Below are positions 44,358-56,670 of a stretch of 64,000 bases of DNA, piece after piece. The position numbers and the translations under genes were made by a program. How positions within the stretch are numbered: the first letter of the stretch is position 1; every line of letters starts with the position of its first letter. The DNA is taken from contig OZ024745.1 in assembly GCA_964016885.1 (NCBI GenBank), forward strand, positions 90,086,001 through 90,150,000, written 5' to 3'. The DNA comes from Eledone cirrhosa. Its lineage: Eukaryota. The notes beneath the pieces are model-generated. The model was given only the letters and a program-made list of their open reading frames with translations, was not told the DNA's origin and made no database searches.

Positions 44358-44724
44358 ATATATATATATGTGTGTGTGTATGCATGCGTGTGTATGTGTA
44401 TATATGTGTGTGTGTATAATTGTATGCTTTTACTTAAATATATAAACGTTAAATTCATACTGCTTCTTGAAAATGTATATATTTCTCCTTTTTTTTCTTT
44501 CCATGAAGAAACATGCTGGAAGAACTATAGATGAATGTAGCTCCTGCAGCTACATTGCTTTTAACACCAAGTCTCTGCTTCCAATTTCATTTAGATAATA
44601 ATGGTTATTATATAAGCTTGAAGTCGAATATTTTTGGAGCAAATTTTTTTATAGGAAATGCTGTTAGAAACGGAAATTGTCTAACATTTATTCTTTTATC
44701 AAATGCATTATTCACAATATATAA

Positions 44725-44980
44725 TAATTGTTCCTACTTTTGGCACAAGGCCAGCAAATACCCAGTGCATTACTGGTACTTTATTTTATCGACCCCGTAA
44801 GAATGAAAGGCAAAGTAAACCTCGGCGGGATTTGAACTCAGAATGGCAAGGACCGTAACTCTATGCGTCAAAGCATGGCGTCCTACCCTCTACCGCCAAT
44901 TCACAATATATAATAATTGTTTCTACAAGGCCAGCAATTAACCAGTACATTACTGGTACTTTATTTTATCGACCCCGATA
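44725..44980 (-). mobile_element. SINE family A (one copy plus partial duplicate)
   Basis: Family body and B-box. Confidence 0.8.
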
Positions 44981-45052
44981 AAATATTAGCTGATGTTCTT
45001 CGCTGCTAAATGCGTAAATATATATATATGTGTATGTGTGTATGTATATATG

Positions 45053-45096
<44 letters not shown>

Positions 45097-45100
45097 TGTA

Positions 45101-45301
45101 TACGTACATACATATATGTATACAGACGTACAGTAGTATGTATATATACATACATGCACACACATATATATGTACGTATGGATTCACCGAGCATTATAAT
45201 AAATTTTCGGTGAATCCATACGTACATATTATATGTGTGTGCATGTATGTATATATATATACATACTACTGTACGTCTGTATACATATATGTATGTACGT
45301 A
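45101..45301. repeat. ~200-bp fold-back; right arm homologous to ~28890-29010
   Basis: Inverted arms around CACCGA-GCATTATAATAAATTT-TCGGTG. Confidence 0.85.
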
Positions 45302-45599
45302 AACATACTTATAAACATACATATACACATGCGCATATCTATCAACACTATATACACCCACATAAATGAATATTCACACAAATTGACCGCAAGATCACGA
45401 CTCTATTCCCATTAGTTTCGACGACTCCTGTTAATGGTTCTATTAATCATGGTAGTGAGGTGTGGCCCAAACTACAATTCCAAACTTGACTAGTCTAAAA
45501 ATACGTAATTAATGAGCTACGATTTACCAAAATTCTGACCTATAACATTAGATATCAGGGTGTTTGTTTTTAGTTATTTATTCAGCAATAGTGGGCTGG

Positions 45600-46310
45600 T
45601 ACCTTTAACCTTTGCAAATGTTCTCTGTACGGTAAGGTGGTTTGACGCTAAACTCCGCCAGTTGCAGACTGCGCATCAACATGAGATACTTTTCTCCACA
45701 TGAGATACTTTTCTCCAAGTTCGATCACCAACAGCAGAGTTTAAAGAGCAAAGATCAAGTCCACTCCATAGGTTGACATTATCAAGCCATCGCTTTGGCT
45801 GCTGGCCTCTGCTTCTCTCACCAGCTAGCCTTCCTTCCAGGCATAACCTACTCACACCACGAGTTGATCTTTTTATATAACCGTATAGTTTGAGTACTCT
45901 TGACTTGACAACTGATGTAACTGTTCTGAGCCTGGTAATAGTTAGCAACTCACTGATATAGATACGGTCGCTGAGCCGCTTGCCAGTAATAAGTCTCATG
46001 ATGTGGTTCTGGAATGTAGAAAGCTTCTGAAGTTACCTTGTCGTCCAATTAACACAGTCAAGACCATATAAGACAACTGGTAGGATGTAAGTATCGAAGA
46101 TCTTAGCCTTCAAATGATAGGATGTTAGTACGTCCTTGTTTTTCTTGAAAGCTGCCCAAGCTAGAGCGATTTGATATTGCGCAGCAACCATTCCATTGTT
46201 GTTTGATGATAGTTTGTGACCGAGATATACAAACTCCGTAAATTGAGCAATTTGGTGGTTGTAGATTGTGAGTTGGAGATTTGCATTGTTGTTATCAGTT
46301 GTCATACATT
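45600..46310 (-). mobile_element. RTE-like LINE 3' fragment
   Basis: FVYLGHKLS, YILPVVLYGLDCVNWT, RVLKLYGYIKR, GERSRGQQPKRWLDNV. Confidence 0.8.
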
Positions 46311-47149
46311 TGGTGAGGTAGATGCGGCTATTAATCAATTCAACTTCTATGTCAATGCCTGTATCTGTAGGGAAAATGTAAAGAAGTGTGCTTTTGTGGA
46401 AAGAAGTAATATTGTTTAATGTGGATTTATGGAATGGGGTAGCTACCGATGAAAAGTATGCCATCTGATGGGTTTCACAAAGATGATACGAACCATTTGA
46501 TGGTTTCTTATCGGTGGAAGAAACAAAGAGAAAAACAGTCCGTCTGGAAACTAGTGGCTGTTACCAGCTGGTGAATGAATCTTTGTCATTCAATTGATTA
46601 ATGTTTTTGCCGAATTCCTTTTAATACGTTTAGAGGCATATCCCTAGAGATCTCAACTGTGCCGTAATGTGTATCCTGCTTCAAACTTATATACGCCAAC
46701 TTTCTATGAGATCAACTTTGTATTAGACCAAATTTAAAGATAAACCGCATCATACTATGCAATGTTATATATGTGAGAACGGCATAGATTGTGACTTCGA
46801 GAATTTGAAGCGAATTTTAGATGTGTATTGTAAAAACTAGGAAGTGGGAAGTGATGAAAGATAGCATTCTGGATTTGTGTAGTCACTGTGTTTGGGCAGA
46901 CATCCTTCCATTAGGCGATATTATATGTCTTCTTCTTCTTCTTCTTCTTCTTCTTCTTCTTCTTCTTCTTCTTCTTCTTCTTCTTCTCCTTCACCCACTT
47001 ATATAATATTTATAGAATAAGGAATAAATATTATATATGCGATATACAAAATGTCCAACACAGTTTCATTCATTGATTCTCTAATTTTAACCCGCATTGA
47101 TTTTTGTTCCAGTTCGTTTTGCTTTGTTCGAGTTACAAACGATTTGATA

Positions 47150-47456
47150 ATAATAGCGGCACTCCGTCTGTTACGAGTGTTCTAGTTGATACGATCAACG
47201 GAACAGCCGTAAACGTGTATGTGGCTGAGCATTCCACAAACACGTGTACCCATAACGTAATTCTCAGGGAAATTCAATATGACAGAGAATATGACAAGGC
47301 TGGCTCTTCGAATTTCAGGTGCAACACATTTTTGCCAGTTAAGTAGATTGGAGCTAGGTGAAATAAAGTGTCTTGCTCAAGAACTCAGCACGTCGCCGAG
47401 AATCGAACTCAGGACCTTGCGATCTTCAGCTGAATACCCTAATCACAAAGCCACGT
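47150..47456 (-). mobile_element. Second tRNA-derived SINE family
   Basis: Reverse-complement head CGTGGCTTTGTGATTAGGGTATTCAGCTGAAGATCGCAAGGTCCTGAGTTCGATTC has A/B boxes. A decayed relative lies near 37490-37660. Confidence 0.7.
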
Positions 47457-47510
47457 TTTGAAATGCTTTTTAAACATAATCATTTACACAAAGTTATATA
47501 GCTATATCAC

Positions 47511-48108
47511 ACTAGCTGAATGACTCGGCGTTGCCCTGGTTACTGCTGTTCTTATTCAGATTAGTAAACAATGTTTATGAAGATATATATTTTCTTCTCA
47601 TACAAACACACAGAGTTTTAACCCCAGCGTTATGTCTGTCGTCACAGAAATGTATGTATACTCACACATACACTCACACATCTATACTTGTCAGTCGCCA
47701 CATATATATATGTATGTGTGTGTGTGTGTGTGTTTAATTCTCTGTGTATCTGATTCAATATTTACGTGAAGATGTGTGTCTATGTATCTTACTAACGCAT
47801 ACCGTACGTAATGAACGCGCAAACACACACACACACTCACAGACACATACACACTCATATACAAAATGTGATGTCGTCGTCGAGTTATAGAATATTCGTT
47901 TACTTAGTTGTCTCTACCGTAGATTATTTTAGATAAGATGTTATATTGTTTTAATCCAAATAAAAATAAAAATTACATGTTGTTAATCCTGGGTTTTAAT
48001 ACCTTTACCTTTTTAAATTTGATTTGTTCGGGACCATCCGTTTGAGAATGCATAAGGAAAAAACAGACAGACAGACAGAGAGACAAAGAATTTTATAAAG
48101 AGAGAGAT
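47511..48108 (+). mobile_element. Possible non-autonomous Helitron-related (HINE-like) element
   Basis: Starts ACTAGCTGAATGACTCGGCGTTGCCCTGG and ends with (ACAG)n and TTTTATA...GAT, a layout recalled from invertebrate Helitron derivatives. Confidence 0.45.
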
Positions 48109-48954
48109 ATGATGAGCACTTCTTCCATTCTTTTGTATAAAATTTTAATTCTTCTCACTTTCTTCCATTGCCATATTTTTATCATTTGTTCTTGTTTATG
48201 ATTGAACCGGTTTTCCATGAATCTAAATGACAGCTTAAACATCCATATATATTTTAATTTTATTTCTTTACCTAAGCTCTTAAATACTTTTCTGTGGGGT
48301 TTTCTATTTATACCTCTTGTGCTTTCAATCATGTCACCTCCTTTGCAATTTTTATTTTAGATTCCACTTTTGCTTATAATTTATCCATCATCAAGTTTAT
48401 TTCTTCTCGGATGTTGAGAAGTTTCTAATATATTAATATATTTCTATCTATCTATCTATTTACCTATATCCATCTCCCTATATCTCTAGCTATCTATCAA
48501 TTTATCTCTCTATATCCCTCTCTATCTATCTCTTTAAATCTCTCTTTCTATCTCTCTCTCTATATATATGTGTGTGTATGCGTGTGAATATATATAGAGA
48601 GAAAGAGAATGTATGTCTATTCCCCCTCTCTCATTTTCGTTCACTCTCTCTCTCTCTCTATATATATATATATTAGAAAGTGAGGGTTTTTTACAAAATG
48701 AAAAATAACCGAGGTGTCCTACACGAGTGAAAGTAAGATGAAATCGAAAATGCAACTGGAGTCTTATTTTTTTTTAAATATATATATTTATTTGGTTCTT
48801 TACCAGTTTCGCAGTTCTTCTGCGTTTCAAAAGTAGAGTTGAAATGGAGGGTCTGTGGTTTTTCTCACATCTGGTTGGTCTTTGAATGTTACTTGTTTTA
48901 TATGGAAAAAAGTGGCTCGAAACGCCAGGTTTTTAGAGAAGTAAAATAAAAAAG

Positions 48955-49490
48955 TGTAATAAATTTCGCGTCCGTATTTGGTCAATAAGTATAATAAATT
49001 TCGCGCCAGTTCGCGTTACAAAGTTCTGCAAACTAGGGGTGGGGCTCAGGTTGTTTTTTCGTATATGAGTGTTTGAATTTCTTTATACTTAAAAAAGGGG
49101 GCTCACGAAGGCTCTTTTTTTTAAATGTAATTTGATTGATTATAAATAAAATGATGGCTGTCACGTGATCAAGTTCATTAAATTTCTCGCCCCTATTTGG
49201 GAATTTATTTTGTAGCCTTTTAGAGAATTTTATGACAATAAAAAAAGTAGCTCACGAAGGCTTTTTTTTTTAAATGTAATTTGATTGGTTATAAATGAAA
49301 TTATGACTGTCACGTGAACAAGTTCATTAAGTTTCGCGCCCGTATTTGGTCAATAAGTATAATAAATTTCGCGCCAGTTCGCGTTACAAAGTTCTTCAAA
49401 CAAGGGGGGGGGGTCAGGTTGTTTTTTCATATATGAGTGTTTGAATTACTTTTTACTTAAAAAAGGGGGCTCACGAAGGCTTTTTTTTTA
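48955..49490. repeat. Complex local duplication (~370-bp period, ~155-bp sub-repeat)
   Basis: 48961-49120 recurs at 49331-49490, and 49090-49200 recurs at 49240-49350. Confidence 0.8.
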
Positions 49491-49799
49491 CTTTTTAATC
49501 TTCTGTTAACTTAAGAAAGGGGAAGGTGGCGGTATCACTAGACAAGGGAGAGGCTAGCAAAAGATATAAATAGATTGACTTAGTGACCCGGCCACCGGCC
49601 AAACGTCACCGTCTATGGCACTAGTGCCCCTCCCCCCTTCCCCACCAACAATAGAAAAAGCCGCAGCACCACCACCGACATAGCCAACAACAATAACAGG
49701 CAACTTCAGCAAAAAGTATATTATATTATTAATAATTTCAATCTTAAGCCACGCAATGCTCACATTAAGGAACCACTCATGATAATAACAATTTAAAAA

Positions 49800-52700
49800 A
49801 ATACAAAAAAGAAAACCCCGTGACCAAGAAATACCGGGATGGCGAAGAAATGCGGGGAATAGCCGTGTCTCTAGGGGAGGACGACCCCTCTAGTCTTGGT
49901 TGACACTCGTCCTAGAAGTGGTAACACGAAATGATTACCCCTTGGCGGATAAGGATAAAACGCCGCAAAATAAAGTAAATGTCAAATGATAAAATCTCAT
50001 ACCGGATCGGCCGTCACCCGGGTCAAAAAGGGCCGCGTCCCTCAGAGAGGAACCAGACTGGGGTCGAAAAATCAGCTAATGGTTCAAACCTTCCCATCAC
50101 TTCGGAGCTGGAGACCTCCCATAACCGGAATACTCCTACTGTTGGCCCTCCATGCTCACCACCAAGAAATCCAAAGAAAAAGGGGGGAAAATGGTCAAGG
50201 GAAGATAATAAAGAAGTCCTTGACGCTTTCTACACTGCCATGTACTACCCATCAAATACATCGAATATAGAACAGACATATATCAACTGGAAAAAGAAAC
50301 ATCCTGAAAACAGAGGCTATATTGACAGTAACAAACTAGCCAATATACGAAGAAATATTGTAAAAAAAAAGTTACTAACTGATATAGAAATTGATCAGAT
50401 CAAGCTATTAGCACAAAGTCAGCGAAGGGAAAATGAAACATGTGTCAGTGAAAACGAGGTAAATTGTAACACTTCGAATCCCAGGGTTGGGGTGGAATCA
50501 CTGACAACAGAACAAATTAAAGAAAGGATCGAAAAAGTGGAGGGAGTGCATGCTCAAGATGAAACTCAAAATGAAAACAATGAGATCGTAAATGATAAAG
50601 AAATGAATGAGAATGAACTTGCCAACTTGAAGGATGAAATTATGATCGAATGGATGAAAATGAAAGAATCTGACATGGAGGAACGAGACACTCTCCCTAA
50701 GATCCAGAACTCCAAACAGAACCAAAAGATAATACACAAGACTAACATAATTCTCAAAAACATTATCATCACAAACAAACTAAACATTATTGATATAAAT
50801 CATCTCTATTATGCATCGGCTAAAGTCACCACTCACTTATGTGAGTGAAAATGAAAATACAAAGGAATTTCCACAAGAAATCTACTTGGCAAGAGAACAT
50901 CAATCGCCAAATAAACCTTCTCCGATCTGACAGAAATTTTAACAAACTATAAAGTAGGTGAACATGTTAAACAAACTAAACTTAGAAAATTGAAAAGAAA
51001 GTACAGTATAAAATCAACAAGTGACGTAGACATGCTGATAGAAATAATCAATCAAAAAGTGTCGGCCAAAGCTGCTCGTATAAGGCGCTTTGAAAAACGA
51101 TCTAGATTCTATAAGGACAATAATATGTTCAAAAACAACCAAAGAAACTTCTACAGAAAAATTGGTAAGTCAACAATAACTGCTAAATCAATACCACCCA
51201 AGGAGGAAGTGCAAGAATTCTGGGAAAAGATCTGGGCTGAAGAAAAAGTTCATAATATACATGCCCCATGGATAGACAGACAAATGAAAGATACAGCTCA
51301 CCTTGAGGAACAAATATGGGACAATATAACAGTTGAACAGTTGCGTTTGGCTCTTAGAAAAACCAGCAAATGGAAATCCCCAGGAAAAAACAAAATACAA
51401 ATTTTTTGGATAAATGCCTTCACAGAGTCTCATGAGCTGTTAGCCCAACTTTACAATGAAATAGTTAAGGAGCCAGAAAAGATACCATCATGGATAGTTA
51501 ACGGCATTACATTCCTGCTTCCGAAGAATGAGACAAACAATCCGAAAAATTACAGACCAATAACTTGCTTGACCACAATGTATAACATTTTAACATCAGT
51601 CCTAACTGAATATAACCACCTGATAACAAATGACCTATTTCCCATTGAGCAGAACGGGTGTAAACGAGGCTCATATGGCTGTAAGGATCAGCTTTTGGTT
51701 AACAAAATGATACTGGAAGATTGTCATAATAGACACAAAAATCTATCAATTGCTTGGATAGATTATAAAAAAGCATTCGATAGTTTGCCACACAGTTGGA
51801 TTGAAAAATGTTTAGAGATTTTCAAAATATCTCCCGTTGTCAGGAGGTTTTTGTCATTCAGTATGAAGACATGGAAAACGACACTCCTTTTGAATAGTGA
51901 AACAAAATCACTGGAAGCTGGAGAAGTTAATATTAATTTTGGAATTTTTCAGGGTGACTCTTTATCACCGCTTTTATTCTGCATCGCACTTATACCATTA
52001 AGTAAAATGCTCAATGAAACAAAACATGGATATAAAGTCTATGACAAAACAATTAATCACTTGTTCTACATGGATGACCTGAAACTATTTGCAAAAAGTG
52101 ATGAACAATTGCAAGGGCTATTATCCACTGTGGAGCAGTTCAGTGATGTTTTAAAATGGAGTTTGGACTAGATAAACGCACCAAAGCAACGTTCACCAGA
52201 GGAAAGCTGCTGAAAAGTTCAGACATTAATCTTGATCGGGAGAATGTGATAAGAGAACTTGATCAAGAGGAAACTTACAAATATCTAGGTGTTTGTGAAG
52301 GAGACGGAATCAAGCACTCGACAATTCAATGTCATCAACTGGTTTCAATGTCATCAACTAATTTCAATGTCATCAACTGGTCAAGTACAGTAATCCGCAG
52401 GCTCGATACAAAAATTCGAAAATTCTTAACCATGCACAGAATGCATCACCCTAAGGCAGATACAGATAGAATATATCTCCCTAGGAAAGAAGGAGGACGT
52501 GGGTTAATCCAGTTAGACATTGCGTTGAAAACTGCAACAATTGGATTATCTACATATCTAAGGGAATCACATGATTGGATGATCAAACTCGTTTTGAAAC
52601 ACGAAAGCATCAAAAGATCATACTCCATTACAAAAGATGCACAAAGATACAGTAATGGACTACAAATTTAAGAGGTCCCATTTACTGCTGAAATGGAAAA

Positions 52701-53673
52701 CACAGAAAAAGCAAAGCAGGTAAAAGTAACTGCAAAGAAAGAACTGCTACAGAAACTGGCTAAGAAATGGCAAGAAAAGCCTCGGTATGGAAAATACCCA
52801 GAGCGAGCTAACAATCCTGATGTTGACAAAACTTTAACCCATCAGTGGTTGGCATCCTCTGGACTGAAATCGGAGACTGAAGAACTGATTATTTCAGCAC
52901 AAGATCAGTTTCTGCCAACAAAAAATTACCAAGCCAACATAATAAAAAATGGATGCAGCCCATTATGCCGGGTATGTAAACAACAACCAGAGACCATTGA
53001 CCATATAATTTCAATGTGCAGTCCTATAGCTCCAACCGAATACCTAAACAGGCATGACAGAGCTGCACAATACATACATTGGATAATTTGTAAGCATTTT
53101 GACCTGCCCCATCAAAAGAATTGGTGGCAGCATCAACCACCTCCCATACTTGAAAACGATCACATCTCAATCTTGTGGAACTTTAGCATCCAAACAGACC
53201 GAAAAATAGATGCAAATAGACCTGATATAATATTGAAGGACTTTAAAAAGAGGGTATGGCTGCTAATTGATATGTCCGTTCCAATAGACAATAAGGTAGC
53301 TATAAAAACATTTGAAAAATGGGTAAGTATAAGGACCTGGAGATAGAAATTGGAAAAATGTGGAAATTGAGAACTAAAACAATACCAGTGGTTGTAGGCG
53401 CTCTAGGAATGATACCTAAGAGGTCTAATGATTACTTATCGCAAATCCCAGAAAACCCGCGTATAAGAGAAATACAAAATCAGTACTAATGGGAACTGCC
53501 CATATACTAAGGAAGATTCTGTCAATATAAGTACATCACAAGTCTAAACACTAAAGATGCATGTGTGAGTATGTATGTTCTTTCTTGAACATGGCGGACC
53601 TTGTTGTCTCTTGAGGTCACTGGTTGTGACTTGGTGATAACTCGTATGAACATAAAGCAAGATAAATGCAACT

Positions 53674-53717
<44 letters not shown>
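49800..53717 (+). mobile_element. Near full-length R4/Dong-like non-LTR retrotransposon (RT + restriction-like endonuclease), frameshifted
   Basis: ORF pieces 49979-53530: KSPG, NYRPITCL, WIDYKKAFDS, GIFQGDSLSP, YMDD, YKYLG, CRVC..ETIDHIISMC, RHD, RPDII..D. Ends in (TAA)n. Confidence 0.92.
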
Positions 53718-53719
<2 letters not shown>

Positions 53720-54679
53720 ACAAATACGTGACTGATAGTAAGGAGCCAATGCTCAGAATTGTACTGAAGGAAAGGACAATAGACCAGAGGATGTCCAAGG
53801 AAGAAATAACAACAAGGAGGAAGAGCAGCCTTCATGAAAAATACCTTCTTTGAGAAAACTGAATTCAGAGATCCACAGACATGGAACTGTTGAAAAGAGG
53901 AGACCTTAAAAAATCTACAGAAGGAATGCTAATGGCTGCGCAAGAGCAGGCTCTCAAAACTAAATGGTTGAAACACCATATTTACAAGGAGGAGGCTAGC
54001 CCACTGTGCAGGATGTGTGGAGAGAGAGAGGGGACTGTGGCCCACATTGTATCCGAGTGTAAACACCTAGCCCAGACTCACTACAAGGGCTGGAGACATG
54101 ATGTGATGGGCAGGGTGAACCACTGGCACCTATGCAAAGTAAACAATTTACCACATTCTGAGAAGTGGTATGAGCATAAGCCAGAGTCGGTGATAGAAAA
54201 CGATCAGGTGAAGGTTCTGTGGGATTTTAGGATACAGACGGACAAGAAACTGGAACACAATAGACCTGACCTGGTGGTTTTGGACAAGGAAAAAAGATCG
54301 TGCCTGCTTGTGGATGTGGCCTGCCCATTCGACACGAGAGTGCAAAAGAAGGAGAGGGAGAAAATTTACCGATACCAGCACTTAAAGTGGAAAGTAAAAA
54401 GGATTTGGACCTGCCATGAAGTCAAAGTGGTCCCGATTGTCATAGGCGCACTAGGTACTATCTCAAAAAGTTTCCAGGGATGGTTAAAGAAAATCGGCCC
54501 GCCACGCTTTTTGGAAGGCTTCAGAAGGCATGCTTGCTGGGAACAGCAAGAACCCTCCGATACGTCCTGAATATCTGAGGCTGCAGGTAGTGGCTTGATA
54601 TTCATTTCAACAAACTTTCCAGTTAACTAACATCAATGACTGAGACTCAAAGAACAATAATAATAATAATAATAATAAT
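53720..54679 (+). mobile_element. Second R4/Dong-like element, 3' fragment
   Basis: CRMC..GTVAHIVSEC, RHD, NRPDLVV..D, PIVIGALG; ends in (TAA)n. Confidence 0.9.
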
Positions 54680-55257
54680 ACAGCTTGAAGAGAAAGAAAA
54701 AAGGCAACGGCAACGACTTGATCCCTGAGGCGGAACAAACTAACACATTCTGGAGAGGAATATGGGAGCAGGATGTTAAACATAATGACCAGGCAGTGTG
54801 GATTGAAACAGTACAAAGGGAGATTAGTGAACAGGCACACCAACAAACTGATTTGAGTATCACAGTTGAAACTCTTAAGGGGCAGGCCAAAAAACTAACC
54901 AACTTGAAATCACCAGGCCCAGATGGTGTGCAGGGGTATTTGATTAAAAATATAACAACCCTCCACCCGAAACTGACAACCATGTTCAATGAGGTACCAG
55001 AGTGGTTGACAAAAGGTACCACAGTTCTGGTAATGAAAGACCGAATCAAGGGTATGATGTTACCAACTATAGACCTATCACATGTCTGTCCGTAATGTGG
55101 AAACTGTTGACAAGCATTGTGTCTGAGGAAATCTACCATCACCTCCACACAATCAACTTGTTACCGGACGAACAGAAAGGATACCGAAAGAAGGCCCGTG
55201 GTACAAAGGACCAGTTACTTATTGATAAGATGGTAATGAGGAATTGCAAGAAAAAGT
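54680..55257 (+). mobile_element. Third R4/Dong-like fragment (RT N-terminal part)
   Basis: FWRGIWE, KSPGPDGVQGY, NYRPITCL, EQKG, GTKDQLLIDK; breaks at the L1/Tx1 sequence. Confidence 0.88.
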
Positions 55258-56670
55258 ACGTAAAGTTCATAGGGCAGACCATCCAAACCAGGCGATTTAC
55301 CCCTTGTGCAGCTAGTCATTGCCTCCCGTACGGCTGTTATCGGCTTTTCGCAACACTCCGCCTCAGTGGCCGAGAGCCGCGGCAGTCCATCGAGGTAGAC
55401 ACTAAAGTCCATCCATAGACCCGGCCCACCGCTTCCCCCGAACGGTTGAGTGAAGTGTCGCTGAAAAGCTTCACACATTTGCCCGGGATAGAGTAGCATG
55501 CGCCCGTCGTGGTCCACCAAAGACCGGATCGTGGCTTTGCTGCCACGACGCGCCTCCGCCACTCGGGCCCATTGAACGGCTTTCGTCCCCTCGTGTGTGA
55601 GACCACGCACCTTAGCTCTGACAACTCAGCCTTCGTGCTTTGCATTGAAGAATTGGTCAAGGGCCAATTTCGCCGCAAGTACGTCGGTCGCGATGCCTTT
55701 GTTAAACGCCTCGTCTAATTTTCTAACTAGTTCTCCCTCCGCTCTATTTTTCTCTATTGCTAAAGCCTTACTAAACCTAATGGACTCTATTCTAATCGCT
55801 CTTTTCAGAGCAAACCACCACTTGTTGTTGACGATGGCCCCCTTCACTAGTTCGCTAATCCCGTTTCTGTAGGCCTTGCACGCTGGTAAGGACGCGTTTA
55901 GCTTCCAGTAGCCGGCTTCTCGTCTATGAATCCTATCTAAGTCAAGCACACAGATCACGAATTTGTGGTCCGTGTAGCTGACTATCTTGAATTGTGGACA
56001 GCCTAATCTAGACCTATCTATTTCCCTACAAAATACTCTATCTAGATATGATATGGATGACCCTATGCGATTTGTCCAAGTCCACATTGGCACATTCGGG
56101 AAATCCAATCGGTACCTGTCAGACAGTTCAAACCGCCTGAGCAGGTTGGTGAGGCTCTTGCACCCTCCTCCCATATCTGCTAATACCGCACAGTCCCAGC
56201 GTGCATCTAAGATCCCGTTCCAGTCGCCCACTAACACTAAAGAGCGGGACGTTCCAAGAAAGGTCTCCAGACGCCGGAAGAAATCAGGCCGCCCTGCTCC
56301 TGTCGGGGCATAGACGGCCACTAGCCTGAAAGCTTACCCGTCTCCGCTGGTCACGTCCAGCACCACCAACTTACCTTCTGGGTCCAGGAAGATGGCCCGT
56401 ATGGCGAGATCCAAACCTCTCCGAAAAAGCACAGCAACTCCTCCCCCCGATCCAGGACAGCTGGGAGATGCGTACACATCGGAGCCGCCGAAGATCGGTG
56501 CGAAGGCCCGTGCTTCGAAGAATCTGGTCTCGCTGATGGCCACTACAACTATGTTTAGTGACCTGAGGTCGTTGAGCAGGTGGCCCTGTAGAGTTTATCC
56601 CGAACTGACAAAGCTCCTCGGTAGCACTGCCAGGCCAGGGATTTCTGGAAGTTGTCCATAGGCCCTGTGG
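55258..56670 (-). mobile_element. Rearranged partial second copy of the L1/Tx1 element (APE to RT start)
   Basis: 55258-56587 parallels ~58765-60092, and 56590-56665 parallels 57222-57296. Confidence 0.9.

Noticed and set aside
41765-45415. Many YI/CV/HT-rich short ORFs, here and throughout the window
   Set aside because: Products of (TA)n, (TG)n and (GA)n microsatellites.
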